64,000 nucleotides of DNA from Azolla caroliniana (taxonomy: Eukaryota; Plantae; Polypodiophyta): the NCBI GenBank assembly GCA_043228905.1, contig JBHGNT010000011.1:18538001-18602000 (forward strand), in the 5' to 3' direction. Position numbers and translations under genes: made by a program. Numbering within the stretch: position 1 is the first letter of the stretch; each line of letters starts with the position of its first letter. Below the pieces are notes generated by a model that was not told the DNA's origin, made no database searches, and saw only the letters and a program-made list of their open reading frames with translations. Shown piece after piece: positions 1 through 12,405 of this stretch.

Positions 1-9
1 ACTAGAAGT

Positions 10-330
10 TTGACTTGTTTGTGAAGTTGAATAATTTTGTTGTGACGAGAAAGATTTTTGCTTTTACATCAAGAGGCGTACACACAACAACGTAAACCTC
101 GTTAGAGTATATATAAATGGCATGCTAATTGGGGGAGGTACATTGACGTTTGGGCTTTGAAGCGAAAGTTGAGTGAAATTTTGGCCTGATGGACGTAGAA
201 GAGGTGAACCATATCTTAGGAATCTGGATTTCCCAATAGAAGAATAATTGGCATACTTACTTATCTCAATGTGAGGATATAATCAAAGTGCTATAGTAGT
301 TCCATATGCATGTACAATATGGAATCCACA
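10..330 (+). mobile_element. Degenerate Ty1/copia reverse transcriptase fragment
   Basis: Broken frames read VYINGMLIG (cf. YVDDMLI) and then LMDVEEVNHILGIWI...YLSQCEDIIKVL**FHM. This matches the copia RT segment MKDLGEAxxILGMxI...LSQxxYIxKVLxxFxM, with stops and frameshifts. Confidence 0.65.
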
Positions 331-816
331 TTGAGGTATGTTTTTTGTTTTACTAGTGAATCAATATCATGTAGATCAAAACCTCAAGAGTATGCAATCA
401 TTTCAATAATGGATGTACATTTTAGCCAACCAAGCATGCTAATTTCTTGCCCAGTACCATATATAAGAATAACCCACCAATGTCCAACTCTTCATTGTCA
501 TAGCCATAGTGCCGACCTCCTTCACGTTAGCAAGAAATGTAGACTCTCACAGAAAATCAAAACACATAGAAATATATCACCACTTTTTTTGAAATTGCAT
601 CTAGAAATTATAGACCACTTCGATTAAAATGATAACAAAGGAGATCATTGCAAACATATTTACAAAGGTACTACTCACAACTCACTTTTACAAGTGTTGT
701 CAATGAGAAATGCGCTAATTCATCAACATGTTATTTGTTGATCCATGTATCATGGAAACGAATACTTGGATTATATGAAACATTTTTAAATGGCAATCCA
801 AAAATGTAAAATATGT

Positions 817-881
817 GTAGAATACTTTAGAGTATCCTAAAACGTATTCTAAACATAAAATACACATTTTTTAACAACTAT
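817..881. repeat. Dispersed repeat; second copy at 23080-23145 in a LON2 intron
   Basis: GTAGAATAC..TAGAGTAT.CTAAAACGTATTCTAAACATAAAATA...TTTTTTAACAACTAT is present at both sites. It is probably the end of a MITE-like element. Confidence 0.75.
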
Positions 882-3800
882 CTCTTGAATGTAGATACCT
901 ACACAAGCCATGTGTAGATGGAGTTCTTGCAAATATGTATGTAGATGGGCATTGTATAATCTCGTCCACGTGAGGCCTTGTGGTGGAAAATTGTTGTAAA
1001 TAGGACATTAAGGTAAAAGGCTAGTCTCTAGACTACTGTGAACTCTCCAATCCTAACATATAAGGAAGAGAACTAGGGCTTCTAAAGGGACAATTCTTGT
1101 GTTGATGGTCATATGGGGAAGTAACTAATTGCAATGTATTTTCCAATTGAATTTGACCACCATATTTTTTACGTGTTGTCTTCCTCTTTACCAATGTGTA
1201 ATTATCCTTCTTGCTCCTTACTAGACTTCAACAAATTGCACTATAACTATGTTGAGTGTGGTGTCTTTGTCGAGGACCGCTAAAACTCCCACAACATGGG
1301 CATATGACATCCTCGTCACATGTCACGGTTTTCTTGTTGAAGTGGGTTCCCTTCATGTCTTCATCCTAGCAAGTAATTTATGATGGTTTTTTGTCCTCGT
1401 AAAAGTCACAATAGTTAAAAATCCATCTATGTATGACTCAATGAGATCAAATGATAAGCTTTTCTCTTGCATTAGCTTTTCCATTTGGGTATTGGTGAGA
1501 CAATTCATACGATTAACGCCTTAATGACTATGTTCAATGCAATCTATATTTGAATCAATTAACGATGTCACCACCCAAACCTACAACTAATTGACAACTC
1601 CAAAAAGGGCTATCATCAACCAGATGACAAATTGCATACGAGTTGCTCCTTCAAGCTTTATGAATGCTTTGGATTTCTGGAAGCTCAATTGGATGTAACC
1701 TTTACAATAAAAGTGTCATGAATTGTTAGAATAATGATCTAAAAGTCAAATATATGAAAAGCATTATGAATATTTTGGGTTGTGGAATTTGAAAGCACGG
1801 TTTTTTAAGATAAAAGGGACTTTGTGTTATAATTTCAAAGTCAATAATTCTTTAAGGTTGATCAAAAATGAATTTGAGTTGCGGAAGGAATGTGTTTCAT
1901 AATAACATGCATTGTATCCGTGTGAATGGGTTGAAATATTGTCAAATTTAAAGCTCATGCAATAACCAATATTATTACTTGGATTGAACTCTGAAGACCA
2001 TTCTTCATTCTTGTCTAATAATGACACAAGATTGGTGAAGAAGCTTTATTTTTTCATTACATGCCATAAAGAAGAAACTGACATTGAAGAAAACAAAGAC
2101 TTTGCAAGCACAAATTGCTCCAATGCGAAATTGGTAGACACCGAATAAGTAAAAGGTGCCACATGAAAAAAGCCACTTATTTAATGAGACATGTATGTCA
2201 CATTGCAATATTTAGAAGAAATGTGCAAAAAGTTGTATGGAAAGTGTTTAAGTATATTTGTGAAATTATTGCATGATTTTTTGAAGCATTAGGATGATTT
2301 ACAATAATGTATTGCATACTAATATTGATCCCTTTATGTGAGAATTTATGAACAAATCATAACCATCATAGAAAGGCACTAATTAGATCACTATGTGAGG
2401 GAAAATGATTTCAATCACAATTCCTACATGGTAATTGGTATAGTATGTAAGAATGTTTTCGTTGTTTGTTATATAATGTTGTTAAAACTAAAACAATTCA
2501 CCTCACGGAGCTATCCAAAAAATCATTTCAAAGGCATGTCTCTTGTATGATGATTTGTGAGCACATCATGATTTTTAATTACTTATATCTTCTCAAATGT
2601 ATTGTCCTAAAATTTTATTAATAAAGTTGCTTTGAGCAATGACCAAGTTCTAGAAATCATGCCAAACTCTATGTTGATTACTTAAAACAAAGTGTACTTT
2701 CATTTCAGTTGAGATCTAACATTATGCTTGCCAAACCACCCTCAAAGTGTACAATGTCACATGTTAACAAGATCCATCACAAATACCTAGGAACACAACC
2801 CTCTAGCATTAACTTTACATTTATGGACTACGATGACTGAAATTTCATCGTATTTTCCCTTTATAGTTTTGCCTATGTGGTAAGCAACACTTATGATTAT
2901 TAAACGAATTCACCATATTTTCTCCTCTAATTTGTCTATCCCCCAAGCAACATTTCCCCCCTAAACGTGGATAACCTCACCTTTTGGACCTTAATCTCAA
3001 AAACATGGAGATTGGGGACTCCTTTTTATAAGATATTGGGATGACGTAGGTTGAACATAGAGCGAACTATTCTTTCGGCTTTTTATCAGATTTGGTTTGT
3101 ACTCAGTAGCATGAATCTCGAGAAAACTACAAGAAGGCATTTGGTTCATCAATTATATTGGATATTTACTTCATTTTGGAAAAGTAGGTTGTTTGTGAAA
3201 TTGTTTTAGAAAAGCGTACCATTGACTATTAGTGAGTTATGATATTTTCTTATGAAGCTTATTATTATGGATCGTGTTCACATGAGAGGGATAATATTGT
3301 AATAGGTGAAAGTGAGCATTGGATCCACAAAGCGAGGGAATGTGGTGTGCAAAGCATGTGTCAGTGTGGAAAATGCAATGTGACGACAAATGTAAAAAAA
3401 AGGTTTACAAGGTGTGAATGTAGTTTGATGTACAATGAGGGTGAAGGTTGAAAGGTACAAGTTGAACAAATATGGATGTTGAGAGAAAAATGCAAACTAG
3501 TAGCTTAGAACGAGGATCATGGCATGAGTAGCAATTGAGTACCATGTTATATTCCACAACCATCTCTATGTGTTTGAACAATAATAATGCGAGTGACAAT
3601 TGCTAAATACCATGTTATATTCCACAATCATCTTTAAGTGTTCGCACATAATTAAGCGGTGAGAACAGATTGGAACATTTTTTAGGGTGAATATAACAAC
3701 ACATTATCCCCGCCACACCAATCCAAATTATTTGAGATCAATTAAATTTCCATGGTTATAACTTATAAGATTAAGAAGGATGTGATAAATTTTGAAACTT

Positions 3801-4310
3801 TGGCTTCATTGTTGGGGCACGGATGAATGGTCATAAATTCATGAGGATTGTCTTCTTAAGGGTGGCTGTGATGGGAAGTGAACGAACTAGATCTATTAGA
3901 AAGCCTCATTTCCTTGTAAGGAAGGAAGGATGGAATATTATTCCTTTTTTGAAGGATACACAAACAAGTGTGAAAAGGACTTCAAAAGTGTACAAAAGTA
4001 AAAGGAGCACACCGCTCTCTCTTTTACTTTGTTTTTCGCTTTTCTTTTTGTGTTCCCCTAGAGACACGTGCATTCCCTCTCTTATTTGTGTTACAAATTA
4101 CAATTGTACTCTTCAGTCGTAAGCCCTTCTGTTTAGGAAGAAATGAATTCGGGCTCGAATCCAATTAACGACACTTAGATTACCTATATGAATTTTAAAA
4201 GTTTAATGCATATATATAATAATTTGCTTATCCTAGTGGTAAGTTGTTAACACCACAAGCACTATGTCTTGGGTTTCAAACCCAATTTTATAGTTCATAG
4301 GTATCTTTTC

Positions 4311-4447
4311 ATTCACTAGATGCCACAATGGAATGTAGGGGTTGAACCAATGACCACTTGGCCCAATGAACCTTACTCTTAATTCACTAGACGCTACAAT
4401 GGAATGTAGGGGTTGAACCAATGACCACTTGGCCCAATGAACCTTAC
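4311..4447. repeat. Tandem duplication, 71-bp period
   Basis: ATTCACTAGA.GC.ACAATGGAATGTAGGGGTTGAACCAATGACCACTTGGCCCAATGAACCTTAC occurs at 4311 and 4382. Confidence 0.9.
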
Positions 4448-4465
4448 CATTTGAGCTACATCCAT
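4400..4465 (-). pseudogene. tRNA-derived relic (tRNA-Ala-like pseudogene or SINE head)
   Basis: The minus strand reads TGGATGTAGCTCAAATGGTAAG...GGTTCAACCCCTACATTCCA. It has an A box, a B box and complementary acceptor-stem ends; the anticodon arm is collapsed. Confidence 0.55.
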
Positions 4466-6291
4466 TTAGGCTCTCTCTCAAGTACTTGGCCTATGTTTAA
4501 CAATGTATATATACATTGGATTGTTGGCCAATAACAACATTGCCATTCATGGCTTTGTCTTAGGTTGGTTTAAGGGATTGCTGATGTTGAATGTCATACA
4601 ATGCGGCTCATCTTGATCATTTGAATTATATAGCAATCACAACCACAACCATTAATTGTCAAACAAAGGAAAATGCATTGTTAGCCTTCGTGGATGTAAG
4701 ACCTAAACAAATGAAATTTCTTATCCCTTGCATTGTCGATAACTCTATTCTTTGTTTGCTTCTTTTTCCTGTGCACAAACATTGACTCACTTTGCTTCTG
4801 TAGTGTCACGCTCTCTTCTATCTAATTCTCTTTGTATGAAAAATGATAAGCGACGATTGCATGATCGTGGATTTGCATTTGATTGTTTAAACTAATAGAT
4901 ATAATTATTAACCGATTCCAAACCTATCTTCATCATTAGTTAATGCTAATAACTACGTGACATTGATTTGGTTGAATGTGTAACTTTATAAATGCAAATG
5001 CAAAAGGTAATTTTAAAGATAAAATATTTGTATGCCCTAACAATCCCATCATTGAAATATTGTACACATTTAGTGGACAACCCATTTTGTCTACAACCAT
5101 ATTCTTTCCTCAAACCTATCATAGTAAGAGTAGCATATTGTAGAATCTTAAGTTGTAGTGTCCCAAGTCCTTAGGAGATATACTTGTTCCATATGTTTCA
5201 ATCAAAGTTATTATATAATGCTACCTTAGATGTGTCCTCGATGTTTAACTACATATAATATCAATATAGATTATCTGTTGTTGCAAACAAAACATCCTAA
5301 TATATATTGTTCCAATATGCCCTTAATTTAAGAAGGTTCTAAATCTGTTAACCTTAACCTCTATCATCTAGTACAAATTGTGCATATGTCTATAATTCCA
5401 TCACCCTCCCCAACATCACTTTGGGAAGTTGTGATTCTACACACGAATAACTTATTAAAGTCCATCACATTTAATCCTCAATAGAAACATCACATTGTAA
5501 TATATTATCGTCATAAGAGAAATAGAGCATGAAAGTAGTTGATTTATGACGCCCTTTACACGAGAAACTAGACTTTTGGCCAATTGTCTAAAACAAGTTA
5601 CCTAGATAACTTACTTGTTGGTATGATGTTGTTGTTAATGAGAAACCAAAAAACTAATAGTTGCAGACATGATCAATTTAAGATTTGCCAACAATTATAA
5701 CATTTTGAGAGGATTCTTAAAGACCTCTCTTGTGTGTAAGAATAATTATATGATGTAACTCATCACTGTTAAGGCCTAGAATTGTACATTAGGATTTTCA
5801 TGAGGTTATTTGACTATATTTTTGTGGAAGGACTTGAATGTATGATGATAGTGTGGTAAAAGAACATTGATTCAACACCAATATAGTTGTAACTTGCAAC
5901 CAAACGTTAGTTCAAACAACTGATTTCGATCGGATCAAGCTACGATTTTGACCCAATTGTTGGTCACTCAACATGTGGATAGGCATTCGTGCATGTTCTG
6001 TAAGCTTTGGGAAAGGCTTTTGATAGTCATAACCACCAAAAGCTCAAGAAATCTGGCATTTCCGTGATCCCAGAGCATATTGCGGATGAAGTGTTTTCTC
6101 GAGCCGGGCATTGTTTGGGGGTGGGGGGGGTGATACGTAGTAGGCATCAGGCACGTACATACGTTTTCGTGATCCGGGTACGTATGTGCGAGAACCCGGC
6201 TGCGTAGAATCTACTCATTATTAAGATGGTGATGGTGATGGTGATGATCTTTCTTATGTCTTTGGTCTCCTCATCATGTGATGGTTTGGTG

Positions 6292-6395
6292 TGTGTATGT
6301 GTGTGTGTGTGTGTCTCTCTCTCTCTCTCTCTCTACACATGATCTCTCTCTCTCTCTCTCTGCTTTCTTTGCTTTCCGCTTCTCTCTACACATGA

Positions 6396-6429
<34 letters not shown>

Positions 6430-6655
6430 AATATGCTGCTGATTAGCAGGTCATTCATTCTTGCACAAACGCGGCATCCTTTGTTGAGCTCTTTCTATCT
6501 CTTATATAAAACCAGTAGCCTCCTAATTCTCTCTCTCTCTCTCTCTCATTACATTGCTCATCCTGAAGAACCCACATTTCACCCTTCTTAAAACAGAGGA
6601 ACCAGATAGATAGATAGAGATAGATAGATATATACATATATAGAGAGAGAGATTC
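6292..6655. repeat. (TG)n/(CT)n/(GA)n microsatellite cluster in the GH9 promoter and 5' UTR, with a TATA-like TATATAAAA at ~6504
   Basis: Directly visible dinucleotide tracts; TATA-like box about 220 nt upstream of the ATG. Confidence 0.85.
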
Positions 6656-6722
6656 AAGAGAACAGGGCAATGCAATATATGTGATTATATATATATATAT
6701 TTATATTTATAGATTCACGTAT

Positions 6723-9709
6723 ATGGGCTCCATTTCCATGACCACCATTCTCCAGGCATTGTTGCTTCTGCATGCTGTGGCATGGTGGTTGAATGAGTGG
6801 AGCAGCAGCTCCATAGCAACACTTAGTCTAGAGCTCTGCCATGGAGCCACAGTAACCAACAATGAAGGTGCCAGCAGTAGCAGCACCAATTACTACCTAT
6901 CCGCACTTCGTAGTAGCATCCTCTACTTCGAAGGTCAACGTTCGGGACGCCTCCCGCCTACTCAGCGCCTCGCCTGGCGCTCCCATTCCGCCCTCGCCGA
7001 TGGCTTCGATCAAGGGGTACATACATATTATTTCCTCTTGATAATTCTACTATGAAGCCTTCAAATTCTGAAGAAATAGTTACTGGAAGCCTGAATCAGA
7101 TTTCTCCTGCTTGTAGATATGTGAAACCTAGATTTCTCAATGTGAACCTTTCCTAAAAACATCGGTTGTGGTATAAGATCTGATTCAACAATCCATGCAT
7201 GCATTGAAACAGATCTCATTAAAGCCCCTACCATCTAACCACAGATTTTGGTTGTTTTCCTGGTTTCTATCATGCTTGCTATGGTAAGATCGTGCTTATT
7301 ATATGATCTTTCCGATATGATCTTTCCGATTTTCTCTTATCATGTAGGTGGACCTAGTGGGAGGATACTATGATGCAGGCGACAATGTGAAGTTCGGATT
7401 ACCCATGGCATTCACCATAACTATGCTATCATGGAGTGTCATCGAATATGGCCACTTCATCGGATCCGTGGGTGAGTTAGGGCATGCCCGCCAAGCCATC
7501 AAGTGGGGAACCGACTACTTCATCAAAGCTCATACACAACCAAACCTCCTATGGGGAGAGGTAATATTATGCCACCATATTTATCTTCTGCAGCAAGTTA
7601 GGGCCTGTAAATCACCTTGGCTTCCATATCAACATATTTTTATATATGATCATTTAAAGGTCCTTACATTTTGATAAGATTGCATAATTTTAATAGTGAT
7701 ATGTATAGGTTGGAGATGGGGATTCTGATCATTATTGCTGGCAAAGGCCAGAGGAAATGACAACGTCTAGGAAGGCTTATAGCATCAGTGAGAGTAGCCC
7801 AGGTTCAGACCTGGCCGGGGAGACAGCTGCAGCTATGGCAGCAGCTTCCATCGTCTTCCGGCGTACTCGGCCAGCTTATTCAAAAGTACTCATAAGCCAT
7901 GCCAGACAGGTCAGAACCATTTACCATATTTCTAAACGATCTAAATCATTTGAAGGGATTCCTGTGCTTGCCAATTTGTGTTTCTCTAAATCAAATTATG
8001 AAGTAAAGAATTTACACTAACCTTGATGAATAGGAAATTTCAGAAAAAAGCCTTCTTTTTGACAACTTACCATGTTTGAATGTGACTTTCATGATGGTTG
8101 AAGAGTTCTTTTATTTATTTCAGCTATTTGCTTTTGCGGATACCTACCGGGGTCGATATGATAGTAGCATTACGGCCGCCCGCAGATATTATCAGTCAGA
8201 AAGTGGCTACAATGTATGTATACTCTACAATGTCCACATAAGTTTACTTCAAGCATTAGGTAGCTTAGTTCAATGATCTTTTCTTTTTATTCATCCCCAC
8301 ATTTAGGCTTAACAAATTTTGCATAGGATGAACTTCTTTGGGCTGCCCTTTGGCTCTACGAGGCAACATCGGAAAGCTACTATCTGAACTATGCCATTCA
8401 AAATGCACATGAATTGGGTGGGACCGGGTGGGCGATGACAGAGTTTAGTTGGGATGTGAAGTATGCTGGTCTCCAGGTTCTTGCAACCAAGGTATGTACA
8501 TGATGTTTATCTAGGCTTAACGATTGATTGCATGGCAACCAAGGTATGTACATGATGTTTATCTAGGCTTAACGATTGATTACATGGAATCATATCTTGC
8601 TGTAAACAATGAAAATCCATGAGATTTCTCGTTCAAGAGGATAAAAATAATGCTGAATCTAGAATATTCATCCATGAATGCAACAAAATACTTCTTTTGA
8701 CCAATGGAAGGTATCCTCAGTAGACCACAAACATCACCATGTATGAACAGTAGTCAGGATTGTAGACATCTTATTTTGATGAAAAGATGAAAATCCCAGC
8801 TTTTTCAAACTCCTGTGACCGTTTTTTTGGTTCTAGATCTTGCTAAAAGGAAGGGTTTCAAATGTGGACATTCTTAAGCAATACCGAGCTCAAGCAGATT
8901 TCTTTATGTGTGCGTGTCTCGGAAAAAACTACAAGAAAAATGTTGCACGGACTCCAGGCAAGAGAAACATCATATCCGAAGTCCCACTGCTTTTTGTTTC
9001 TCTTCATTTTTCTTCTGCATTTAGACAGAAACTTACAATTCTCTCTACATGTCAATGTTGTGAACTCTTTAGGTGGTTTGTTATACACAAGATCATGGAA
9101 CAACATGCAATATGTGAGCAGTGCCTCATTCCTTATGACAGTATACTCAGATTACCTTTCAAGATCCAACCAATGGGTACAATGCCCAGCTGGAGTTGCA
9201 AGAGCTGGAGACCTCTTCAACATGGCCAAATCTCAGGTCTACATTAAAAACATTTCTTTGAGATACTAACAAAAGACTGATTTCTACATGCATTTTTTGT
9301 GATATGCACTATAAAAAGAAGCATGAACCTGAAAAGTGATGTCTCTGCATATAATTTTTTATATTAGGTGGACTACATCCTAGGAAACAATCCGAGAGGA
9401 ACAAGCTATATGGTGGGTGTAGGATCAAACTACCCACAAAGGATCCATCATCGGGCGGCATCTATTGTCTCATACAAAGTCGATCGCACTTTTGTGGCAT
9501 GTCGAAAAGGGTATCAAACATGGTATAGTAGCCGATCAAGTGACCCCAATGTGTTAGTGGGTGCTTTGGTGGGCGGCCCTGATGAGAATGACAACTATGC
9601 CGATGATCGGACTAATTTTGAGCAAAGTGAGCCAACCACATATAATAATGGCCCAATGGTTGGGGTTCTTGCGAGGCTATACGGTGATAGCATTGCCCAT
9701 GGTCAATGA
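6723..9709 (+). CDS. Secreted glycosyl hydrolase family 9 endo-1,4-beta-glucanase (no CBM49 seen). Exons ~6723-7016, 7348-7560, 7709-7909, 8124-8213, 8327-8491, 8837-8957, 9073-9236, 9368-9709
   Basis: Hydrophobic N-terminus; motifs [66 protein letters not shown] and [16 protein letters not shown]. Intron phases are consistent. Confidence 0.95.
8483..8587 (+). repeat. 52-bp tandem duplication that copies a GH9 splice donor
   Basis: GCAACCAAG|GTATGTACATGATGTTTATCTAGGCTTAACGATTGATT occurs at 8483 and 8535. Confidence 0.92.
8958..9072 (+). other. GC-AG intron in GH9
   Basis: CCAG|GCAAGA ... TTTAG|GTGGT. Splicing restores the conserved RTPGGLLY. Confidence 0.85.
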
Positions 9710-10149
9710 AAATGCACCAATGAACACATCTTTCTCAATCTCCCTATATACTCCCCCGTCAACAACATCTTGTTCTTTATACATTATTCAAGTAAAAGAC
9801 CTTGTCTTGCTTGAGGGAAAGGATTTCTCTAGTGGAGATGTTAAGTCCCAGGAATATCCGTCCCTAAGGGATGAACTCAAGCATCTTCTCAAGGGTGGAA
9901 GAAAATGATTGTAAGATTAGCTTCCTCATTGCAGAGCTAAAGCACATATATGGATTGAAGTTCGTTCGACGTTGCAATGCTACAAAGCTCTATAGTTTGG
10001 GGTGTACAGTTATGTTAGCACATTCGTATTAGTAATAGGCACACATTTGAAGTTTCACTAGAAAAGCCCTTCACAATGGGCCATGGCATGAGCACGCTCA
10101 TATGGCAAGAGAAAGGTTTGCAAATCACCAAGAAACAATAAATTTTATT

Positions 10150-10860
10150 AACAATCAATAATTAATCATGAAAGCAAATACAATGAAAAAAACTTTTAAC
10201 AAGGAATCCACATTGCCCACATGTGAAACCTAATAGACATATAAGGCACAAAACACATGCAACAGGAACATGTAGATGTTGCATGGTGAGCTAATGAGTA
10301 TTGCCTATGGTATGCCACACCCACTTGCAACACTTATTAAGTATGGCCTATGACCTATTCACACACATGTTTCCATCACATGCAAAAGAGGTTTGTTATT
10401 ATCTTAGTATGATTGGGTAAGAATGTTTTTTCCTTTTTAAGGCCATGTGTGAATGATCTTCAACTATATATGATGGTATTTCTAAAGAGGCATGGAAGGA
10501 GTTATTTAATGACAAGGCGTTACTAATGATGAACACCAATAATAGCTTTTCAATCTTTCTCGTAAATTTAAAGGAAACTTTTAGATGGAATGAGTCGAGA
10601 GTTTAAAGCATAAGTATTATGGAGTAGACAAAGTGCCAATGACTTCCTTTGAAAAGTGAACGATGAGGATTTGTGGTTGGAATCACATGTTTTACACAAT
10701 AATGTTTTGATGGTATGTTGTTGCTTTATGTCGGAACAAAAACCGATACGTCATGAAATATGTCAATAAACTTTTGAGCCTTCACAGAAGGACTATTGTT
10801 ACAAAGTATTGTATAGAAAACCTAAATCACTCCTACAATGGGAATGTCACTTCCTCTTGA
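10150..10860 (+). mobile_element. Possible highly degenerate hAT transposase remnant
   Basis: Fragmentary translations resemble hAT motifs (CHTHLQHLL ~ CxAHCLDLxL; DEDLW; PTMG). There is no ORF. Confidence 0.3.
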
Positions 10861-11828
10861 AGGCCCTCTAGGTTCTATAGGAAATTAAATGGATGAGTAA
10901 AGGTCTACCTTTGCTGAGTTATGTGTTCCTATAAGGCAGAAGCAAGTCCCGTAATACTTGTTTTCCCATAGGGGCGATAAGGTGTTGACTTGTGAAGGAT
11001 TAAGGGGAAGTTCAATAAGGATTTATGTGAATATATAAACTTATTGATAAAAGGATTTGTTGCTGTTTGAGTTGGAAGGCTTCTGATGTGTAAGAGTTGG
11101 TACACCCACTTTATGTAGTAAAGTTGAAGTTTGTTCTATATCTAGTAGATTAGGTTAGTGTTTTCTTTATCTTTTTGAGTCATTTTTCTTTACATCAATG
11201 TTTGCCCCCAATCAATACAAAAAAGAAAAAGTTGTGTTTTCCAAGTTATGTATAGTCAAACCTAAATGAGGTAGAAGATGGGTTGTTGCAAACCAAATGT
11301 TGAACAACAATTACATCATGCCTCAGCATCAAATGCATAATGGAGATATCCTGGCACATATACCTTACCTTTTAGAAAAAGGATACAGGATCTCATCTTC
11401 AAATAACTACAAACAATTTGAAGCTCTAACATTGCACAATCAGGGTTGGATGGGGCACCATATGGATCAATCATGTTTCTGAGTGTTCTATCAGAAAAGA
11501 CATAGAATCACATTCACTCTTAAGAAAACATGCATATTCCAATAGTATGTGTGTCTAAAGACTGCCTACTGGTCTGTAGGAAAACCAAATATTGTCAAGC
11601 AAGATTTTTTAGTTCATACCTCATCCAAGGGACGATGATTAAGACTACGACTCAACAATTTCAGCAAAAGACAACGAATCACAACGTGTGCACAGGGTGT
11701 GGGCTTTTGCAAGTCTACGACTATGCATGGGATAAATTGGGGTTCTAATTCAACTCGACTCATGTCTCTCACTCACGTGTTGTGTTGTCCAAACGAGTTT
11801 TGCCACTTGGGACGAACAATAGAGTGAC

Positions 11829-12217
11829 TAATGATCGGCAACGGTTCGGTTTCAACAGTCAGAAACCGTGGTTTAAACGGTTTAACGGTATTTTATTTTA
11901 TTTATTTAAAAAAAAAGTTAAAAAAATTGTTTTTAAACAATCTTTTCATTTTTTAGACCTTATTCTCACATTAAAGGAACATCTTTAAAAATTTAAAAAT
12001 TTAAAAAAATGAAATATTTTAAATTAAATTTTTTTAAAAATTTGACCTAAGTTAAAAACCGAAACAGAACCACGAAACCGCGGTTTTAATGGTTTAATGG
12101 TTTGAAAGAAATTTAACGGCTTCGTGGTTCGGTTCAGGTTTTTTAATGGTTTAAAACGGTTCGGTTCCAAACTGGTTTGGTTTTGACCCTGTCGAACCGA
12201 ACCGTTGCCGATTGTTA
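11829..12217. mobile_element. Non-autonomous hAT-type MITE (389 bp) with 8-bp TSD AGAGTGAC
   Basis: Left TIR TAATGATCGGCAACGGTTCGGTT and right TIR AACCGAACCGTTGCCGATTGTTA. Identical AGAGTGAC flanks lie at 11821-11828 and 12218-12225. Subterminal AACCG/CGGTT repeats surround an AT-rich core. Confidence 0.92.
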
Positions 12218-12405
12218 AGAGTGACCGGATCATCGGGACGACCCCGCACCCAATAAGCTTTCTTTCGTCCTGCGCGATGAATTCGTTAGTTGATTGTGTG
12301 CCACATGATGAGCAGCATTGCAGGATTTTGATTTTGTTTGTTGCTTCTTCTTCTTCTTCTTCTTCTCCTTCTCGCTCTTCTTCTTCTTCTTCTTCTTCTT
12401 CTTCG

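Noticed and set aside
1400-2650. Possible DNA-transposase remnant
   Set aside because: AT-rich decayed sequence with no diagnostic motif confidently read.
2690-3010. Possible gypsy integrase C-terminal remnant on the minus strand
   Set aside because: Only faint motif resemblance; cannot be supported without a profile search.
6096-6207. GC-rich patch with an 11-bp hairpin and ACGT cores
   Set aside because: Stem too short for a miRNA precursor and no canonical Helitron CTAG end; probably promoter sequence.
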